This document shows, in pieces, positions 56,403-60,732 of a stretch of 60,732 nucleotides of DNA (its first letter is position 1; each line of letters starts with the position of its first letter). The notes under the pieces are model-generated. The model did not search any database. It had not been told where the DNA came from and was given only the letters and a program-made list of their open reading frames with translations. This DNA comes from an uncultured Gammaproteobacteria bacterium (lineage in GTDB: Bacteria; Patescibacteriota; Microgenomatia; JALYQM01): contig CAZHTP010000007.1 of the NCBI GenBank assembly GCA_964535655.1, positions 1 through 60,732 on the forward strand. Reading direction: 5' to 3'. The translations under genes and the position numbers were made by a program.

Positions 56403-58403
56403 TTACTTATAAGTGTAACTTTCCAAAATGGTATGCACTTCGTCACTAACTGCTTTTTCTTCATGAGCAGGAAGGTCGCGCAAAAAGAAGAAACTACCTA
56501 TTATCACACCGCGTGGATTAGGAATATAAAAATCCAATGCACCCGGGGAGTTTGGTCTGGAACGAGCAATAATACCTGAAGCAAACACTTCATCCTTAAA
56601 CGGTTCTACATGTTTTGTGGCAGGATTCCACCAAAATTCGATCTGTGTTGTTTTTACATAATCTTGGACACTCATCATGTCGCTCTCCTGGTTGGCAGCA
56701 TTTTTATTCATAATCGTTAGTAACCCGAGTTGTTTATCAGGATAATTCTCACAACTACTCAAGTCCTCTTCACAACGGAATAACTGCTGCTCATATAAAT
56801 TATTTTCCTTAGACAAAACTCTCCAGTTACCTGGAACTTCAAGCATATAACCGTATTTACTTTGTAACTTTACTGGTCCAGACTGTGCAGTTACCAAAGT
56901 GCTAGGGACTTGAGATGGAGGATTATTTGGATAGCTGCTAATTGGTACACTCTTCACATCTATCGATTTTATTTGCAGGAACTGAACATATTCATAAAAA
57001 TTAAATGAGCGAAGGTCAAAGTGACCGTATTTAAACTGAAGATTTTCTATTTTATAGCGGAGGTTCTCCCTCGGAGCGATATAATACATATTTGCAACAT
57101 TGTTTTTCTCATCTCGCAAGTCTTTCCATAATTCCGCATAGGCAAGAGAATCAGGAGAAAGTTGAGATAAATATGAGTAATCGATCCCGGATTCTGTTGT
57201 ACTTTTCTTGAAATGGTAAACCAAATAGTCGAAATTAAGTAAATTAACGAATAGGAGAGTAGCTGCACTAAAAAGAATTACACCGCGAACAAACACCTGA
57301 TTTTCCAAGCGCTTATAATAACAATAGCTATAAAAACTCAACACGGGAATTATCCAGAAAATCCCCGTAAAGCCCCATAATCGTTTTTCGGTTAATCCCC
57401 ATGAATTACTGTAATCAAAGACACTCTTAAAAGCCATTAATACTAGGAAAAATACTTGTGCAAGAAGCACATACGTTAATCGTCGCGACCAACGTGAAGT
57501 ACTTCCTTCATTATAAAGCAGAATCATAATAATAATTGAAACTACCGTTAATTGAGCAAATACCTCTCGTGCATAGCGGGATAACGTGTATCCCATCTCA
57601 ACAAGTGTTTGTGGGGAAGAACTATACAGTTGAATCTGAGTAACAAAAAATACTAAAAGAACTAACGAGACAACGACCTTAGGGAGTACTAAATAAAAAG
57701 TATCAACGGAGAATAAGTTTCTGTTTTCAATTTCCTGAGTACCAAGCGCATAGGTAAAAAGTCGTGGTAAATAGAAGGCCAATACTACAAAAAAGATTGC
57801 GCGAGGAATCCAAATAATATAACTCTTCGGGATGAGCCATTCTAAGATTTTTTCGATAGGTATATAGGTCGTGATTAAGCGAGCGAAGATGGGATTAGCC
57901 GATGCAAGTAATGGAACCACCACAATCAAAACGATAATTGTAATTAGTAAAGATGTAAAAACTACCAGCAAAGAACCATTCCTTAAATACGTTCTTCCTT
58001 TAAAAGCTACTTTAGGGCTAAATGTAAACTCACTGCGAGTTCGCAGCGCAGTAAAAAAAGAAGTTATGGGAGAAAGTGCAAAGGTAAAGAACGAAAACCT
58101 GTTTTTTTCATAATCGGATTTGACAAAAAATGCACCTAACCAAAGTACAGCCGCAATATTTAAAAAAGTTTGAAATTCATTGGAAGTAATGAATATACAG
58201 GCGCTAAGCAAAAGGATCTTCATATATATAGCTGAGTCAAAAAAAGAGTGTTGCGCTCGAGAGAAATAGATGAGTGAGGCTAAGATCGCAAAAGAAATAC
58301 CCAATCCCAAATAGGGGAAACCTGAGGCGGTAATAATTAAGCATGAAAAAGCAAAGGCAGATAAAAGAAGAAGCAACGAAAGATTCTTTTTTATATTCAT
58401 CAA
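56403..58403 (-). CDS. Polytopic membrane protein (DUF4153/DUF4173-like) with a C-terminal extracytoplasmic domain
   Basis: At least 10 hydrophobic segments in the first 400 aa or so, then a soluble C-terminal domain of about 230 aa. The family call is tentative. Confidence 0.6.
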   Translation of the reverse strand: MMNIKKNLSLLLLLSAFAFSCLIITASGFPYLGLGISFAILASLIYFSRAQHSFFDSAIYMKILLLSACIFITSNEFQTFLNIAAVLWLGAFFVKSDYEKNRFSFFTFALSPITSFFTALRTRSEFTFSPKVAFKGRTYLRNGSLLVVFTSLLITIIVLIVVVPLLASANPIFARLITTYIPIEKILEWLIPKSYIIWIPRAIFFVVLAFYLPRLFTYALGTQEIENRNLFSVDTFYLVLPKVVVSLVLLVFFVTQIQLYSSSPQTLVEMGYTLSRYAREVFAQLTVVSIIIMILLYNEGSTSRWSRRLTYVLLAQVFFLVLMAFKSVFDYSNSWGLTEKRLWGFTGIFWIIPVLSFYSYCYYKRLENQVFVRGVILFSAATLLFVNLLNFDYLVYHFKKSTTESGIDYSYLSQLSPDSLAYAELWKDLRDEKNNVANMYYIAPRENLRYKIENLQFKYGHFDLRSFNFYEYVQFLQIKSIDVKSVPISSYPNNPPSQVPSTLVTAQSGPVKLQSKYGYMLEVPGNWRVLSKENNLYEQQLFRCEEDLSSCENYPDKQLGLLTIMNKNAANQESDMMSVQDYVKTTQIEFWWNPATKHVEPFKDEVFASGIIARSRPNSPGALDFYIPNPRGVIIGSFFFLRDLPAHEEKAVSDEVHTILESYTYK

Positions 58404-58440
58404 TTTACTATCGATAGTATACCACTAATTACTATAATTT

Positions 58441-58477
58441 ACAAAAAAGACACTAATTGAAATTCCAATTAGTGTCT
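58441..58477 (-). terminator. Rho-independent terminator of the tRNA Val-Phe-Gly operon
   Basis: 12-bp stem AGACACTAATTG/CAATTAGTGTCT, followed on the minus strand by TTTTTTGT. Confidence 0.85.
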
Positions 58478-58481
58478 AGAG

Positions 58482-58556
58482 TGGAGCGGGAGACGAGACT
58501 CGAACTCGCGACCTTCTCCTTGGCAAGGAGACGCTATACCACTAAGCCACTCCCGC
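58482..58556 (-). tRNA. tRNA-Gly (anticodon GCC), CCA encoded
   Basis: 75 nt. Anticodon stem-loop TCTCC-TTGCCAA-GGAGA, T-loop TTCGAGT, 3' CTCCA. Confidence 0.92.
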
Positions 58557-58591
58557 GATAGTAGCTTCACGAACCTATTATATCACACAGG

Positions 58592-58664
58592 TGCCGAGGA
58601 CAGGGATCGAACCTGTATAGCCGGTTTTTCAGACCGGTGCGTTGACCAACTCTGCCACCTCGGC
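58592..58664 (-). tRNA. tRNA-Phe (anticodon GAA)
   Basis: 73 nt. Anticodon stem-loop CCGGT-CTGAAAA-ACCGG, T-loop TTCGATC. Confidence 0.92.
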
Positions 58665-58678
58665 TTAATCAGGAAATG

Positions 58679-58751
58679 TGGGCCCTGAGGGACTCGAACC
58701 CCCGACATCCTCGGTGTAAACGAGGCGCTCTACCAGCTGAGCTAAGAGCCC
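58679..58751 (-). tRNA. tRNA-Val (anticodon TAC)
   Basis: 73 nt. Anticodon stem-loop CCTCG-TTTACAC-CGAGG, T-loop TTCGAGT. Confidence 0.92.
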
Positions 58752-58760
58752 AATTAACAC

Positions 58761-58789
58761 ATTCTATCAAACTCGCCAAGTCGCGACAA
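58761..58789 (-). promoter_or_regulatory. Promoter of the tRNA Val-Phe-Gly operon (TTGTCG-17 nt-TAGAAT)
   Basis: Read on the minus strand. The -10 box ends 9 nt before the tRNA-Val 5' end. Confidence 0.6.
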
Positions 58790-58844
58790 GATGCTGTATC
58801 CGATTGCTTTTAAAGTAGAACGTGTTTTATTCTTAAAGATACAT

Positions 58845-60656
58845 ATGACTAATTCTAGAAACACTTTTCCACTAGTCTTGTCAATAGCACTAACTATAAC
58901 GTTTTTAGTGGCTTTACTTACTCCACGCTTTAGAATGTCAGTTACCTTGATCGACTCCTCCACAGCCCTTACTACTTGTGACTCTTCATTTTATACCATA
59001 AATCCTCCGGCCGGATACACCTTTTCAAAAGGCTGTATTGCTGATAACAAGGCAATCTATAGCACTGATGCGAGATTCACCTTTTTTCTACCAGAACCAG
59101 AATATAATCTGCTCTCATTTATACAAGGGCCTAATAATGAAATAAAGGATAATCCCAATTTAAGTTGGTCAATAACCGTGTCAAACCCAAGCAAAATACA
59201 TATTATGTCTCGCCATATTCCAGGGATAAACGCCCCTGCCTGGATTCGTAACAATTATACCCGAGTTACAAACGACGATCTTTCCCAGTTAATTCAATAC
59301 TCCAAACGAAAAAGTAATTTAGGATTAATTGGGCTTTATGATATCTACACAAGATCAGTCGAACCAGGAACAATTACGCTTTCCGCCGCGGGTGAAGCAA
59401 ACAATCCTGCTTACTCCATGTATATTGTTGCCTTAGCTCACCTGGCTACGCCATCTCCTTCACCGACAATAAGAGTGACTCCACGACCAACTCCAACACA
59501 GACGGTAACCCCATCTTCAACGAATAGTCCCTCTCCAACCTCGGTACCTTCTTCTCGTGCTAGTACATTTGAATCGTTAGTAGAAAGTGATCTTAAATTC
59601 GCCGCCGAACAGTACGAAATTAGCGCGCAAACCTTATCTAAAACTTCCTATCCGGTCCGAACAACAGCAAATGGAGAATGGAGTACTTCATCTGCTTCGA
59701 GTTGGACAAGTGGATTTTTCCCGGGAAGCATGTGGTATTTATATGAGTACACGAGGAATCCAATTTGGCAAACTCGGGCACAACAATGGCAAGCGGCCAT
59801 CGAAAGCCAAAAAAATGATACTTCCACACATGATGTCGGATTTATGCTATTTGACAGCTTCGGCAATGGATTCAAGCAAACCAATAATGCAGCCTACAAG
59901 CAAATAGTTTTGACTGCCGCTAACTCACTTAGTCAAAGATTTAGTCCGATTGTTGGCTTAACAAGATCATGGAATAGTGCCAGTCCTAATTTCACAGTTA
60001 TCATAGATAATATGATGAATATTGAAATGTTATTTTGGGCTGCCAAAAACGGTGGAAATACACAGTATTCTGATATGGCAATAAGTCATGCCCTTAAAAC
60101 TGCACAGAACCACGTTCGCGCCGACGGAAGCACCTATCATGTCGTAGATTATAATCAAAATAATGGCGCGGTTATACGTCAGTACACAGCTCAAGGATAT
60201 AGTGACTCCTCAACATGGAGTAGAGGACAGGCCTGGGCTATCTATGGCTTCACAATGGCCTATCGCGAAACGAAGGATACTCGCTTTCTCGAAACGGCAC
60301 GTAAAGTTGCAGATTATTATATTGCTCACCTTCCCAGTGACTTCATCGCGCCATGGGATTTTCAAGCACCAGGAACACAACCTAAAGATACATCATCTGC
60401 CGCAATTGCCGCGTCTGGATTATTGGAGCTATCTAAATTAGAAACCGATGCAATAAAGAAAACAGCCTATTTAGATATTGCCAAAAACATTCTTTCGAGT
60501 CTGTCGACCTCTGAATATCTCACCAAAGGAACCAACAACAAAGCACTTTTACTACATGGCACACAAAACAAACCTAAGGGCAATTACGATACCGGGCTCA
60601 CATTTGGGGATTATTATTTTATCGAAGCATTAATACGCTATAAAAATTGGTATTAA
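58845..60656 (+). CDS. Secreted glycoside hydrolase family 88-like enzyme (unsaturated glucuronyl hydrolase) with a novel N-terminal module and Pro/Thr/Ser linker
   Basis: Signal/TM segment FPLVLSIALTITFLVALL. Linker PSPSPTIRVTPRPTPTQTVTPSS. C-terminal blocks DNMMNIEMLFWAA, HVVDYN, WSRGQAWAIYGF. Start set at the ATG at 58845 because 58791-58844 overlaps the tRNA promoter. Confidence 0.8.
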   Translation: MTNSRNTFPLVLSIALTITFLVALLTPRFRMSVTLIDSSTALTTCDSSFYTINPPAGYTFSKGCIADNKAIYSTDARFTFFLPEPEYNLLSFIQGPNNEIKDNPNLSWSITVSNPSKIHIMSRHIPGINAPAWIRNNYTRVTNDDLSQLIQYSKRKSNLGLIGLYDIYTRSVEPGTITLSAAGEANNPAYSMYIVALAHLATPSPSPTIRVTPRPTPTQTVTPSSTNSPSPTSVPSSRASTFESLVESDLKFAAEQYEISAQTLSKTSYPVRTTANGEWSTSSASSWTSGFFPGSMWYLYEYTRNPIWQTRAQQWQAAIESQKNDTSTHDVGFMLFDSFGNGFKQTNNAAYKQIVLTAANSLSQRFSPIVGLTRSWNSASPNFTVIIDNMMNIEMLFWAAKNGGNTQYSDMAISHALKTAQNHVRADGSTYHVVDYNQNNGAVIRQYTAQGYSDSSTWSRGQAWAIYGFTMAYRETKDTRFLETARKVADYYIAHLPSDFIAPWDFQAPGTQPKDTSSAAIAASGLLELSKLETDAIKKTAYLDIAKNILSSLSTSEYLTKGTNNKALLLHGTQNKPKGNYDTGLTFGDYYFIEALIRYKNWY

Positions 60657-60678
60657 AAAAAGCATAATAAGTAAATCG

Positions 60679-60702
60679 GAGACCGTTTCAAAACGGTCAC
60701 CT
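60679..60702. repeat. Palindromic hairpin family, copy 4 (GAGACCGTTTCAAAACGGTCACCT), 22 nt after the GH88 stop
   Basis: Exact reverse complement of 31-54. Confidence 0.8.
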
Positions 60703-60732
60703 GAAAACAGGGGTATAGGTTATCCGTAAGGG

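Noticed and set aside
58791-58844. ORF-track start of the GH88-like gene
   Set aside because: The first 18 codons run from just beside the tRNA operon promoter. The signal peptide begins right after the ATG at 58845.
1-60732. CRISPR arrays, rRNA genes, transposases, integrases or prophage structural genes
   Set aside because: No regularly spaced direct repeats, no rRNA-like conserved blocks and no recombinase-like ORFs were found on either strand. The tRNA-Gln-adjacent segment therefore cannot be called a mobile element on present evidence.

Overview
Low-GC bacterial chromosome segment (about 33-38% GC in hand-counted coding lines). It uses the standard genetic code: TGA acts as a stop, for example at the ATGA junctions at 21370 and 36451. 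Coding density is high. Most of the window is housekeeping. This includes lower glycolysis and pyruvate kinase (eno, gpmI, pyk), oxidative and non-oxidative pentose-phosphate enzymes (zwf, gnd, tkt), and glycogen/UDP-glucose metabolism (glgP, UGPase). It also includes mismatch repair (mutS-mutL), the secE-nusG-rplK-rplA cluster, cysS, ileS and a cysteine desulfurase. Six tRNA genes are present: Leu-Pro, Gln, and Val-Phe-Gly. Accessory content comes in five parts. First, a CsoR-controlled copper operon (copA, a DsbD_2-cupredoxin fusion, copZ, csoR) runs without a gap into nth-ku-ligD. Second, a divergent minus-strand operon couples a NOX/ferric-reductase-type flavocytochrome and cardiolipin synthase to secreted proteins of unknown function. 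Third, two histidine kinases and one receiver protein are present. Fourth, a short stretch of small unknown genes and decayed ORFs occupies 36.2-37.3 kb. Fifth, a 3-kb segment beside tRNA-Gln carries an orphan acidic protein and a stand-alone SF2 helicase. A self-complementary motif (core CCGTTTYRAAACGG) recurs at four transcription-unit ends, with a perfect 24-nt inverted pair at the two window edges. No CRISPR array, rRNA, transposase or integrase was seen. The gene content suggests a small-genome Patescibacteria/CPR-like organism: a fermentative core, many membrane-anchored or secreted proteins with Pro/Thr/Ser linkers, and an extended L1. This taxonomic guess is inference only. All family calls rest on motifs read by eye, not on database searches.
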